From the sequence record MZ475892.1: 64,000 nt of DNA, one strand, 5' to 3'. Positions 25,807 to 34,525 of this stretch are shown here, in pieces. Made by a program: the position numbers and the translations under genes. Position 1 is the stretch's first letter. Each line of letters begins with the position of its first letter. The notes under the pieces were generated by a model that did not search any database, was not told where the DNA came from, and saw nothing but the letters and a program-made list of their open reading frames with translations.

Positions 25807-26787
25807 ATGCGTTTTGGTTTCGCCTGTAAACTGCTTGATGACAACGGTAAGCAACCGTACACGAACAAGAGCCTGAGCTATGCTCATTTCTCCAAGCTGT
25901 CTCAGACAGAGCAGCAAGAAAAGCTGGTGCTTGTCGTCACACACAATCTGACCTCGTTACTTGAGATGATCAGACACGTTGGTCGTCTGCGTGCAGACTT
26001 GCGCATGTTTCGAATCACAAGCGAGCTACTTCCGCTGTTCACGCACCCGATGGTCACACGCATGTATCTCCAAACACACATGACCAAACTGACTGACACG
26101 ATGTTGGCAACGTGTGGTGCAGCGGCTAGACGTCTTGGTGTTCGACTGTCATTCCACCCTGGTCAGTTTACCGTGCTTGCGTCTGACCGACCCGACGTTA
26201 TGCTTAACTCGATTAATGAAATGGAGTATCACGCCTACTGTGCGCAGGCTATGGGCTACGGTCGTAAGTTCCAAGATTTCAAAATCAACATTCATCTGAG
26301 TGGTCGTCGTGGTGCCGCAGGTTTCAGAGACGCCTACTCTCGTCTAAGCGATCATTGCCGCAAGATGATCACGGTAGAGAATGACGAGTACACTTCCTCG
26401 ATCGAGGATTGTCTTGAGCTTGCCGACATTTGTCCTGTTGTTCTCGACATTCACCATCACTGGGTAATGACTAACGAATACATTCAGCCGACCGATGATC
26501 GTGTTCAACGTGTCATTGACTCGTGGCGAGGCGTTCGCCCTGTTGCGCATTACTCTGTGTCACGCCCAGAGTTCATACCGTCTACGGGTCTGCCTGATCA
26601 GAACAAGCTAGAAGCAAAGTCTGCCTCGCTGCGTGCTCATTCTGACTACTACCACAACGACAGCGTAAACGAGTGGGCCCTCAGCTTCGAGCAATTCGAC
26701 CTGATGTGCGAGTCTAAAGCGAAGAATCTAGCACGCACGAAACTAGCCCTTTTTAAGGGCAACTCTGCACAAATATGGTCAAAATAA
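25807..26787 (+). CDS. uvsE: UV DNA damage endonuclease (UvsE/UvdE)
   Basis: RFGFACK, RLSFHPGQFTVL, KINIHLSG, TVENDE, VLDIHHHW, SWRGVRPVAHYS, AHSDY. Confidence 0.92.
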   Translation: MRFGFACKLLDDNGKQPYTNKSLSYAHFSKLSQTEQQEKLVLVVTHNLTSLLEMIRHVGRLRADLRMFRITSELLPLFTHPMVTRMYLQTHMTKLTDTMLATCGAAARRLGVRLSFHPGQFTVLASDRPDVMLNSINEMEYHAYCAQAMGYGRKFQDFKINIHLSGRRGAAGFRDAYSRLSDHCRKMITVENDEYTSSIEDCLELADICPVVLDIHHHWVMTNEYIQPTDDRVQRVIDSWRGVRPVAHYSVSRPEFIPSTGLPDQNKLEAKSASLRAHSDYYHNDSVNEWALSFEQFDLMCESKAKNLARTKLALFKGNSAQIWSK

Positions 26788-26820
26788 GGCTTGTTTTAGA
26801 AGGTGCCCCTATGATACACT
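26767..26820 (+). promoter_or_regulatory. Box promoter 5
   Basis: GCACAAATA-TGGTCA-AAAT, 33-nt spacer, TGA-TACACT; overlaps the uvsE 3' end. Confidence 0.7.
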
Positions 26821-26871
26821 GATTACGAGCACTGTATGCTCGTTTCTACTGATTCAAGAGGATAAGACAAT

Positions 26872-27168
26872 ATGTTCATTACAACTCTAAACGCAAACAC
26901 TGCGAAACCTGCACCGAAGTCTATTAACCACATGAACCTCGACCTTGCACCTTCTGGTCGCATTTCTTGTGTCTGGCCTGGCGCACTCGATGTTCCTGCG
27001 AACATCAAACGTTTCTGCCGTGCTTGTGAAATCATTACCGACCTTGACCCATGTATGCGTCTTCGTTTCAAAGGTCGTCGCTCTGACGTTCTGGCGCTCA
27101 TCACCAAGATCGCTCCTGACAACCCTGACCTCGCAGCGCGAATTGCGGGCACTATCACTGAGGCTTAA
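26872..27168 (+). CDS. Hypothetical protein
   Basis: GAGGA RBS. Confidence 0.7.
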   Translation: MFITTLNANTAKPAPKSINHMNLDLAPSGRISCVWPGALDVPANIKRFCRACEIITDLDPCMRLRFKGRRSDVLALITKIAPDNPDLAARIAGTITEA

Positions 27169-27169
27169 A

Positions 27170-27433
27170 ATGAAAATCCCCTGTCTGAATGCTGTGTATG
27201 GTATTACGAACACCAATACTCCACTCGTGGATAAACGCGGCTTTCGTTGTGTTGAATCGAAATATGTTGACGGAACGGAGGTTAGATTACAACGACAAGC
27301 CCATGACATTCATGAACGTGTGGTAGTGGCCTACGACCAGTATGGTCGTGCAGTGTATGGAACACTGACTCCGCCCGCATCGTTCGAAGTGCGTGACAGC
27401 AAGGAAAGCGACCAATATAACAAGGCGCCCTAG
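27170..27433 (+). CDS. Hypothetical protein
   Basis: GAGG RBS before ATG 27170. Confidence 0.65.
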   Translation: MKIPCLNAVYGITNTNTPLVDKRGFRCVESKYVDGTEVRLQRQAHDIHERVVVAYDQYGRAVYGTLTPPASFEVRDSKESDQYNKAP

Positions 27434-27511
27434 CAAGCTCACAACGAAGCCATAGAATGAATACTAAGAAGTCTAACAATTCATGCGCTGACCTACTCGT
27501 GGGGTGTCAAA

Positions 27512-27889
27512 ATGATCGTAGTATGTAACTCTTCAAAGGAATTTTCTGTTGAACGTTTGAAACACGGGGACGCATTTGTATTCGGCAAGACGCGAATGCT
27601 TCTGCGAGCGGACTATCTGATACTAACAGATAAGCACAATGCTTTTTACGTGGTTCGCAAATCTGATGTTGTTTGGGCTCCCGAATTAACTGGCGCTACG
27701 CACATGATTAAGATCAGGGCGTATGCCCAGATTAAGCCGTTCGAACTCCATGCAGCATGTCCACAGTTCAATGGTCGTGTTTACGGGACAATCGCTTTCC
27801 GTAACCCACACTTTGAACATAGAATGAATACACTTCGTTATAGTGAGACAATCTTTGGAGGTCAACATGGCACGGTATCATGTGTTTAG
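27512..27889 (+). CDS. Hypothetical protein
   Basis: Co-directional ORF. Confidence 0.55.
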   Translation: MIVVCNSSKEFSVERLKHGDAFVFGKTRMLLRADYLILTDKHNAFYVVRKSDVVWAPELTGATHMIKIRAYAQIKPFELHAACPQFNGRVYGTIAFRNPHFEHRMNTLRYSETIFGGQHGTVSCV

Positions 27890-28115
27890 TGCAGAAAGCA
27901 AATACTACGGCGAAGCATACGAGGGAACGCACTTAAAAGCGATTGACCTCGGGTACCCAGTTACCCACGCCGAGTTTAAAAATTTCGAGAGCGCTAAGGA
28001 ATGCGCAGATAAGTTACATGAGGTTTGCGATATGGGCTGGATTGTATACAACGCTTTTTCAGAAGTATCTGTATACGACAGTCGCACTATTGAAGGTGAG
28101 TCTGTAAATAACTAA
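27867..28115 (+). CDS. Hypothetical protein
   Basis: GGAGGT RBS. Confidence 0.7.
   Translation: MARYHVFSAESKYYGEAYEGTHLKAIDLGYPVTHAEFKNFESAKECADKLHEVCDMGWIVYNAFSEVSVYDSRTIEGESVNN
28101..28108 (+). promoter_or_regulatory. TCTGTAAA motif
   Basis: TCTGTAAATA at a gene end. Confidence 0.5.
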
Positions 28116-28186
28116 CAGACGACCTTGCATCTTCCGTGTGATGCTTACGGGCGTCACGCACATTCACTGTGATAATGAGGTTCAAA

Positions 28187-28702
28187 ATGAAATACGCTTC
28201 AATCGTTCTTGCTACTCTGCTTGCCACTTCTTTCGCTGCGTCTGCCGCTAACTATAAAGCACCAGCGCCTGTTAAGGGTATGCAGTCTAGCGGTATGCAC
28301 ATCGATGATCAACTGGACGATAGCTGCCAGACCAAACTGTCTCAAGCCATCGACTTGCGCGACTCTGTTGTTGACTTCACTGTTAGTCGCAATCAGATTG
28401 ATACTGTGGCCGCTTGGCCGCTTGTGTGTTCCCCAACAGTCGAAGCAAAGACTGTTAGTGTTGAGCGTATGGGTTCTGACCTGACGATCACTTACGTTAA
28501 CAACGACGACACCCTGCACCCGCTGACTCTGACCTTGCAGCGTGTTGAATCTGAATCCGAAGATGACGCACCCGCGTATCAGATCGTCCAAGTAGGCGAC
28601 ATGAGCGCAATGGGTTATCAAGAGCAGGCTGACGTTAAAGACTGGCTGCTGGACTGTTACGCTGCTACGTTGCAGACCGGCATTCCACTGAGCATGAACT
28701 AA
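28187..28702 (+). CDS. Exported protein with a Sec signal peptide
   Basis: MKYASIVLATLLATSFAASA, with an AxA cleavage pattern. Confidence 0.75.
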   Translation: MKYASIVLATLLATSFAASAANYKAPAPVKGMQSSGMHIDDQLDDSCQTKLSQAIDLRDSVVDFTVSRNQIDTVAAWPLVCSPTVEAKTVSVERMGSDLTITYVNNDDTLHPLTLTLQRVESESEDDAPAYQIVQVGDMSAMGYQEQADVKDWLLDCYAATLQTGIPLSMN

Positions 28703-28980
28703 TGCAGCACCGTCGTAAAGTAAAGGCCGAGTCAAAGCAACGTTCAATACCCGAAGACTGGCCTGTATTCAAAGACATGTTGCTGACGTTGCGCATCGCT
28801 GTACTCACGGACGAGAAGCCTCACGCTAAACTGCGTGCGCTTGCTCTCCAATGGTATACAGATGGGAAGTATCGTAACCCTGTCTGTGATTCTGTTCTGC
28901 TTAGGTTAACCGCTGAGAAACGACCTAAGCAAACTCTTGATCAATTGATCACTCTCTATAACTTTCTTGAGGAAGAATAA
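28702..28980 (+). CDS. Hypothetical protein
   Basis: TAATG coupling. Confidence 0.65.
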   Translation: MQHRRKVKAESKQRSIPEDWPVFKDMLLTLRIAVLTDEKPHAKLRALALQWYTDGKYRNPVCDSVLLRLTAEKRPKQTLDQLITLYNFLEEE

Positions 28981-28982
28981 AA

Positions 28983-30203
28983 ATGGCTATCATTTCCGCA
29001 GAAGAACAAGCGCGTCTGGATTCACTTGCTGCTATCGTAGCTAAGATGTGGGCACAAGGCGGCCCTGCTGTGCGTGATGCTCTGCGTTACGTTGCTAACC
29101 AAATGCTGAGCGACGAGCACTCATTCCTGTACGAAGAAGTGCCTGGCGTAACGCCTGACATTGAATCTGTCTACCACCATCTGAGCGATTTGCCACTGAC
29201 GGGTATGACCCGCATCGTGCGCAATCCTGACTTGATCAGCTCGCTTGAAGATCTGATGAACAAAAACGAGCGTGAGATCTTCGGCTCTGCCGTGCGTAAC
29301 AGCGCGTACACTATGTTCAAACTTTTACCCCAGAATGACAACGCTGTGTTCTGCCATCCAGGTAAAGGTGCTACCTCTCGCACCCAGCCGCGTCAGGTCG
29401 CTGAAAGACTGCATCGTGGTTTAAGCTACATGTTGTCCGTGCACGGTCTGGACTCGTATATCAAAAAGTCTGACAATCAAATTCGCTCTTACGGACATAC
29501 GCGCTTAGCCTCTCTGGTAATCGCAGTCGCAGTCAAAGGCGAACGCAGTGTTGCTACTCGCATCGTACCTCTGTGGTGTATGGACAAGCACACGGAAGAG
29601 GTGGGCACGATTGAACTTGATCAGGATATCCCGAACGATAAACCTGCTTACTCAACTGAGGTAGAAACTGATATCCAAGTTTGGCCGAAGTTTGAAGCAA
29701 AACAACTTAGAGATATCCTGCTCAAGCATGGGAATTATATCGAGTCTAAGCTGCGCGGCATGGACCGCGAAGAATTAGATGATACCTATGAAGCCTTCGT
29801 TGATGCGTACCTTAACAATACTCACGACGAGGGTGATGAAGACGAAGATGATGAGTGGGACGAAGAAGAGGATGAAGACGAAGAAGATGCCTTCTGTACT
29901 GAAATCCCTTCGCGCCTAGCTCTACCTATCGAACTGCCTATTGTTAATCTCGAACGTCCGAAGTTAGACGTTCGCCCAGGCATGCGTTTGAAGACCAAAA
30001 AGCCTAGACAGTCTCATATTCAGAATATTCTGATTGATCCAGTTTGGCACGCAGTTGACCCACAAGACGAGAACAATATTCATTATTTCAGTGTGTCTAT
30101 TGTTGCCCGTGATACTGTCGGTCATAAGGCTATTTCAGCTTCGCCGCTTGAAGCACTGACTATCTCCAACGTGCTGATGCAGATCGCTGAAACTAACACT
30201 TAA
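28983..30203 (+). CDS. Hypothetical protein with an internal D/E tract
   Basis: 406 aa; DEGDEDEDDEWDEEEDEDEED. Confidence 0.8.
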   Translation: MAIISAEEQARLDSLAAIVAKMWAQGGPAVRDALRYVANQMLSDEHSFLYEEVPGVTPDIESVYHHLSDLPLTGMTRIVRNPDLISSLEDLMNKNEREIFGSAVRNSAYTMFKLLPQNDNAVFCHPGKGATSRTQPRQVAERLHRGLSYMLSVHGLDSYIKKSDNQIRSYGHTRLASLVIAVAVKGERSVATRIVPLWCMDKHTEEVGTIELDQDIPNDKPAYSTEVETDIQVWPKFEAKQLRDILLKHGNYIESKLRGMDREELDDTYEAFVDAYLNNTHDEGDEDEDDEWDEEEDEDEEDAFCTEIPSRLALPIELPIVNLERPKLDVRPGMRLKTKKPRQSHIQNILIDPVWHAVDPQDENNIHYFSVSIVARDTVGHKAISASPLEALTISNVLMQIAETNT

Positions 30204-30248
30204 CTGGACAAAACAGCGCTTCTTAACGAGGCGCTTTTCTGCTATAAT
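30196..30248 (+). promoter_or_regulatory. Box promoter 6
   Basis: ACACTTAAC-TGGACA-AAAC, 32-nt spacer, TGC-TATAAT. Confidence 0.75.
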
Positions 30249-30314
30249 AGCAGCTAGAGCATAAGCTCTCACGTTTGCATCTACTATACGTTAAATACGG
30301 GAACCTCACATATT

Positions 30315-30617
30315 ATGGCACGTAACATTTCACGCAAGAAAGCGCTCGACCTGATGGCAAAAACTTACAACGAAAAACATCCAGAGTATTTGCCGCGCCT
30401 CATGAAAGAGGACATGAATGCGAAAGACCTGTTCGAATTCCGTGAAGATGTTGTAGCTCAAATTCAGGCAGGTTTGAATCCTGCGAAAGTTGTTGATGAT
30501 ATGATCGACAACGCAATACGCGTCACCACGATGCGCCGCCGTATGAGCAATGATTATAATCCGAAACTCTCCGACGTTCTTACCGATGAACTGCGTGAGG
30601 AACTTCGTAAACTCTAA
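30315..30617 (+). CDS. Hypothetical protein
   Basis: First ORF after the box promoter. Confidence 0.75.
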   Translation: MARNISRKKALDLMAKTYNEKHPEYLPRLMKEDMNAKDLFEFREDVVAQIQAGLNPAKVVDDMIDNAIRVTTMRRRMSNDYNPKLSDVLTDELREELRKL

Positions 30618-30626
30618 GGAATAAAA

Positions 30627-31187
30627 ATGAAAAACTACGGTTACTTCTTTATCCTGAATCACATCGCACTCGCCGTAGATAGCGCCAGCAAGGAAGCTGG
30701 CTTTAAAGATTTGGTTGAGCTGGACATGTTCAACCGCGCTTCTGTTTTAGTTGTAGCTGACGCCGAGCCAAGGGGACGTCAGATTGCAAACGATTTGACC
30801 GCCGCACTTTATCCACGAGCGGCTGATTGTGTGCCAACAGTTGAGCAACGCATGATGTTAGTGCAAGCTCTGCATGATGCCGAAATCGAAAAGATTCTTG
30901 GCAACATCCGCTTCTTCGTACCGCACGCTCACACGCGAGAAGATTTGATTTCGCGTTTCGGCTTTTACGTGGAGAACGATCAGCCTGCGCTGTTTATGCC
31001 GTACTACATGCGAAAGCATATTCTTAGTGATACCGCTGTGTTCTGCGAGGGGCGTCTGACTTCATTCAGAGACGCTTGCTCTAACGGAACTGTCACTGAG
31101 AACATCCGCGACTACGGCCTATTGACTGCGCAAGCGTACGGAAAAGACAACGTGCCTGAAATGTATCAGGACCTGCCTTTGTTTTAA
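30627..31187 (+). CDS. Hypothetical protein
   Basis: AAGGA RBS. Confidence 0.75.
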   Translation: MKNYGYFFILNHIALAVDSASKEAGFKDLVELDMFNRASVLVVADAEPRGRQIANDLTAALYPRAADCVPTVEQRMMLVQALHDAEIEKILGNIRFFVPHAHTREDLISRFGFYVENDQPALFMPYYMRKHILSDTAVFCEGRLTSFRDACSNGTVTENIRDYGLLTAQAYGKDNVPEMYQDLPLF

Positions 31188-31198
31188 GGAGACACCTC

Positions 31199-31666
31199 AT
31201 GGGTGTAGTTAACGGTATCAGTTCAACTAAGTTCCCGCGTCGAGGGCGGGACGAAGGTCTGACAGTCATTCTTCGTCGTCGCTGGGGATTGTACCCAGCT
31301 ACTATCGTTCGTCAAGACCATGGCGAACCCAACAACACGATTCATCGCATCGAGGCTAAAGCGCTACCCAAGCGCTTCTTTGATGGCAGTCATGAACTCT
31401 ATGTTGCTGAGTATTATCAAACGAACTTCCCTAAAGACACTCCCATCTGCGCTGCTGGTGAAGTTGAAGGTCTGTTCGTTGAGATTGTATTCGACCATGA
31501 CGTTCGCAACAAATGCGAAGGCATCTGTGTGACTGATCGCGGTATGCAGAAAATCTTTTTGATCACGACAGGTCAACACGAAGGTCGTTACGTCACTGAG
31601 GCCGAGTGTGATTACAAAGTCAAACCTAAACTTGTAAAGGATAATAGAGATGACAGTAACATCTGA
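31199..31666 (+). CDS. Phage protein with two similar beta-rich half-domains
   Basis: AGGAGA RBS; each half begins FP(R/K)..G..EGL.V. Confidence 0.7.
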   Translation: MGVVNGISSTKFPRRGRDEGLTVILRRRWGLYPATIVRQDHGEPNNTIHRIEAKALPKRFFDGSHELYVAEYYQTNFPKDTPICAAGEVEGLFVEIVFDHDVRNKCEGICVTDRGMQKIFLITTGQHEGRYVTEAECDYKVKPKLVKDNRDDSNI

Positions 31667-31955
31667 ACACTCAACAACATCTAGCTGCAAGCGTGCGACT
31701 ACCGGTCTGGGTCGTTTGACTAGCGGTGACCAGTTCTTCCTGTCGCTGGCCATCACTGGTTCTAAGACAGGAGAAGATGCGGGCTTCATTGATTCCGTTC
31801 GTGATCTGCACAAGCACATCGCTGCGTTTGCAGCAAAGCATGAGGTTACGCAAGTGACCGCGTTTCTTGGACATAACGTTATGTCCGACGCCGAGTACAC
31901 GTTAGAGTTCAACGTGTCTCAAGTATTCACACTCAAAAAAGAAAGGACGTATTAA
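31650..31955 (+). CDS. Hypothetical protein
   Basis: Overlapping gene train. Confidence 0.65.
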   Translation: MTVTSEHSTTSSCKRATTGLGRLTSGDQFFLSLAITGSKTGEDAGFIDSVRDLHKHIAAFAAKHEVTQVTAFLGHNVMSDAEYTLEFNVSQVFTLKKERTY

Positions 31956-32500
31956 TGGAATTTCAAATTAAGCCAGACTTGCAGACCTACCCAAATTTCA
32001 TTCTGCCTAAGCGTGGCTCTGCTCAGGCGGCGGGCCTCGATCTGTTCGCGCAGGAAGATATGATCTTCACTGAAACTACTGAGCTGTTTAATCTTGGCTT
32101 CCGCGCTGCTGTACCTGAAGGCTACGTTGCCTTAATCGTACCGCGCTCTGGCTTGGGTGCTAAGTTCAACATGCAACTGTCAAACACGATGGGCGTTATT
32201 GATAGTGACTATCGTGGTGATTGGATGGCAGCGTTCCATCTGGGCGGTAAAGGCACGCAAGCTGATACACTGCCGCCATATGGTCAGTATCAGAAAGAGT
32301 TCTATCATCACGGCAGTGAGTTGTGGGAAAAAGCGAATCAAAACGAAGCGCCTATGCTTCTAGTTCCTAAAGGTGATGCGTTTGCGCAGGTGCTGTTCTT
32401 TGAAGTACCGTTGATGCAAGTGACTCTGGTCGACGAGCTGCCTGAAACAGAGCGTGGTGAGGGTGGCTTCGGTTCTACCACGAAGTCGCAAAGTGCCTGA
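31955..32500 (+). CDS. dut: Trimeric dUTPase with an internal insertion
   Basis: Motifs I AAGLDL, II PRSGLG, III GVIDSDYRG, IV GDAFAQ, V RGEGGFGST. Confidence 0.95.
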   Translation: MEFQIKPDLQTYPNFILPKRGSAQAAGLDLFAQEDMIFTETTELFNLGFRAAVPEGYVALIVPRSGLGAKFNMQLSNTMGVIDSDYRGDWMAAFHLGGKGTQADTLPPYGQYQKEFYHHGSELWEKANQNEAPMLLVPKGDAFAQVLFFEVPLMQVTLVDELPETERGEGGFGSTTKSQSA

Positions 32501-32708
32501 TTACCTTATCTTCATCTTGATCGCCTACTACATTGTAGGCTTCATGCAGTTTATGCGTGAAGTGTTCAGTTCTAAACTGAGTGAGAGCGAACGCTTGGCT
32601 GTCATTAAAGAAGATGAGGACACTCCAACGTCCGTAGTTTGGGCGCAGGCATTTAAGCTGATGTTATACGTTCTGTTCATTCACATACCGATGTGGATAT
32701 TCAGATAA
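32493..32708 (+). CDS. Small membrane protein
   Basis: Two hydrophobic segments; GTG start. Confidence 0.55.
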   Translation: MPDYLIFILIAYYIVGFMQFMREVFSSKLSESERLAVIKEDEDTPTSVVWAQAFKLMLYVLFIHIPMWIFR

Positions 32709-32759
32709 CGTCAATCGTTAGGTCCTTGCGGGGACCTATTTTATCGTAATATAAACACT

Positions 32760-33080
32760 ATGAGCAAAAAGAAACCGCAGTACATTCTGCCTCGTGAGCG
32801 TCCTACGCGCTTGCCAAATCTGCGTGCTTATCTGATGCATCTGGCACGCAACCCAAACAAACATCGTGCCGTCCTTGAGGTGCATTGCAATGCAGCGCTG
32901 GCCCAGTTGCGTAAAGATCGTTTATTTCTTGGCAGACTGTTTGCTCATAAGGTGTATACGAAGTCGAGCAAGGTCGCATACACAATAGTATGGATTGACC
33001 CGTACAACTACGATTGCCTTGTTCTAAATCATATAAAAAGGAGAGTAGAGTTTAAAAACCTTTACGGCCTGATTCTTTGA
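32760..33080 (+). CDS. Hypothetical basic protein
   Basis: ORF after a hairpin at about 32720-32738. Confidence 0.6.
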   Translation: MSKKKPQYILPRERPTRLPNLRAYLMHLARNPNKHRAVLEVHCNAALAQLRKDRLFLGRLFAHKVYTKSSKVAYTIVWIDPYNYDCLVLNHIKRRVEFKNLYGLIL

Positions 33081-33113
33081 TTAGGTCCTAGCGCCTTCAC
33101 ACTAGGAGACAGA

Positions 33114-33794
33114 ATGACTATTCTTATTTCTAACCGCACCGACGAGGTGATTCGCCAACTCAACGTAGCTATCTGGTCAAGCGTTCTATTCGGACTCATT
33201 GTACTTGCATCAATTCTGGTGCAGCCGAATGCAACAGCCAGCGTCTCTACGGGCCCTGATAATGTTATCGATATGTCCTCAACAACTTCACTCGATCCCT
33301 CCAATCGTGTGGCAAGAGAATACAAGGAGATTGCAAAGACGCTAGTTGTGCAAGACGAGCGAAGGCCCTCACGTTCTGTTACGAGAGAGCGCCTCCGACA
33401 ATTGTACTCGCATCTACCGCACCCCAATGATTTAGGCAGGCAGATTGATTTGGCCGCTGCAAAGTATGCAGTGGACGCAAAGCTGATTCTTTCCATTTGC
33501 GTTTCCGAGTCGCATCTTCGTGCTAAAGTCAGAAACAAGTCTGGTGCAACAGGCATCTGCCAAGTCATGGCTAAGATGCATGGGCATTCAGCAAAAGACC
33601 TCCTCGATTATCGTATCAACATTGATGCGGCAACGAAGATAATTGCAGATCTTAATAAACAGTGTCGTGGTCGTACTGCTTGTGTTATTCAAGCGTACAA
33701 CACAGGCTGGGGAGCATATTCGAAGGGTGCCCGTGCACCGCAATACTTGGCTAAAGTTAGATCAGAGATGCGCAAGCACCCATCATCATCCTAA
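33114..33794 (+). CDS. Lytic transglycosylase (SLT domain) with an N-terminal membrane segment
   Basis: AAAKYAVDAKLILSICVSES (catalytic Glu), SGATGICQVM, NIDAA, AYNTG. Confidence 0.85.
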   Translation: MTILISNRTDEVIRQLNVAIWSSVLFGLIVLASILVQPNATASVSTGPDNVIDMSSTTSLDPSNRVAREYKEIAKTLVVQDERRPSRSVTRERLRQLYSHLPHPNDLGRQIDLAAAKYAVDAKLILSICVSESHLRAKVRNKSGATGICQVMAKMHGHSAKDLLDYRINIDAATKIIADLNKQCRGRTACVIQAYNTGWGAYSKGARAPQYLAKVRSEMRKHPSSS

Positions 33795-33807
33795 AGAGGA
33801 CATAATA

Positions 33808-34461
33808 ATGAGCACCGCCAACATCGCAGACTTGTACAAAATGCAGTTCCAGATTCTCAAACCACTTTCGCCTCGCCAAGAGTACGCACTGATTGTGCTA
33901 CATGCTTCCGCGACCGAAGATGACGTTCGTGGTCTGGCCGAAGTTGTTGTTCGTGATTACCCGCACGTTGCGCGTCTGTATGATGCGTTTGCTGCTGCGA
34001 CTGAGTACGGTGATAACTCTGTACCGTTCATCATTCCAGTATCAAATAGTGAGCACGTCACCGAAGAGATTTACGCTATCGTTGATCACTCACTCGTCGT
34101 TGCGCCAAGTCTGCGCCAACTTTTGGAGCAAGCCCTTGAGCGTGTTCAATACATGCCAGAGACTGCTGACGAAAGACGTTTCGTAATTGAACGCGAACCC
34201 CTGACTATGGGCTGGTTCATTGATTGTGTCCTTGACGCGTACAACTGTGGTCAACTGCCTATGGCTATTCGTCCATCGAAAGCGCAACAACAAATGCGTA
34301 ACGAAAACCTGCTGTCGTTCAATCAGCTCCGTGATGCTGATATGTTCAGTGGCGAGATCGACTACACGCAAGCCTTACAGCCAAGTATGCAAGCGCGTCA
34401 CATTGCAGCTAAGCTGATCGCACGTCTGCAAAACAGCAAGCGTGCCGTAACTGTTAACTAA
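33808..34461 (+). CDS. Hypothetical protein
   Basis: GAGGA RBS. Confidence 0.75.
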   Translation: MSTANIADLYKMQFQILKPLSPRQEYALIVLHASATEDDVRGLAEVVVRDYPHVARLYDAFAAATEYGDNSVPFIIPVSNSEHVTEEIYAIVDHSLVVAPSLRQLLEQALERVQYMPETADERRFVIEREPLTMGWFIDCVLDAYNCGQLPMAIRPSKAQQQMRNENLLSFNQLRDADMFSGEIDYTQALQPSMQARHIAAKLIARLQNSKRAVTVN

Positions 34462-34466
34462 CAACT

Positions 34467-34494
34467 CGGGAGACCTTAACTGGTTTCCCGTTTT
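34467..34494 (+). terminator. Intrinsic terminator
   Basis: CGGGAGACC-TTAACT-GGTTTCCCG followed by TTTT. Confidence 0.75.
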
Positions 34495-34525
34495 ACTTTC
34501 TCGCTGAATTTTTAAGGAAATTCCA

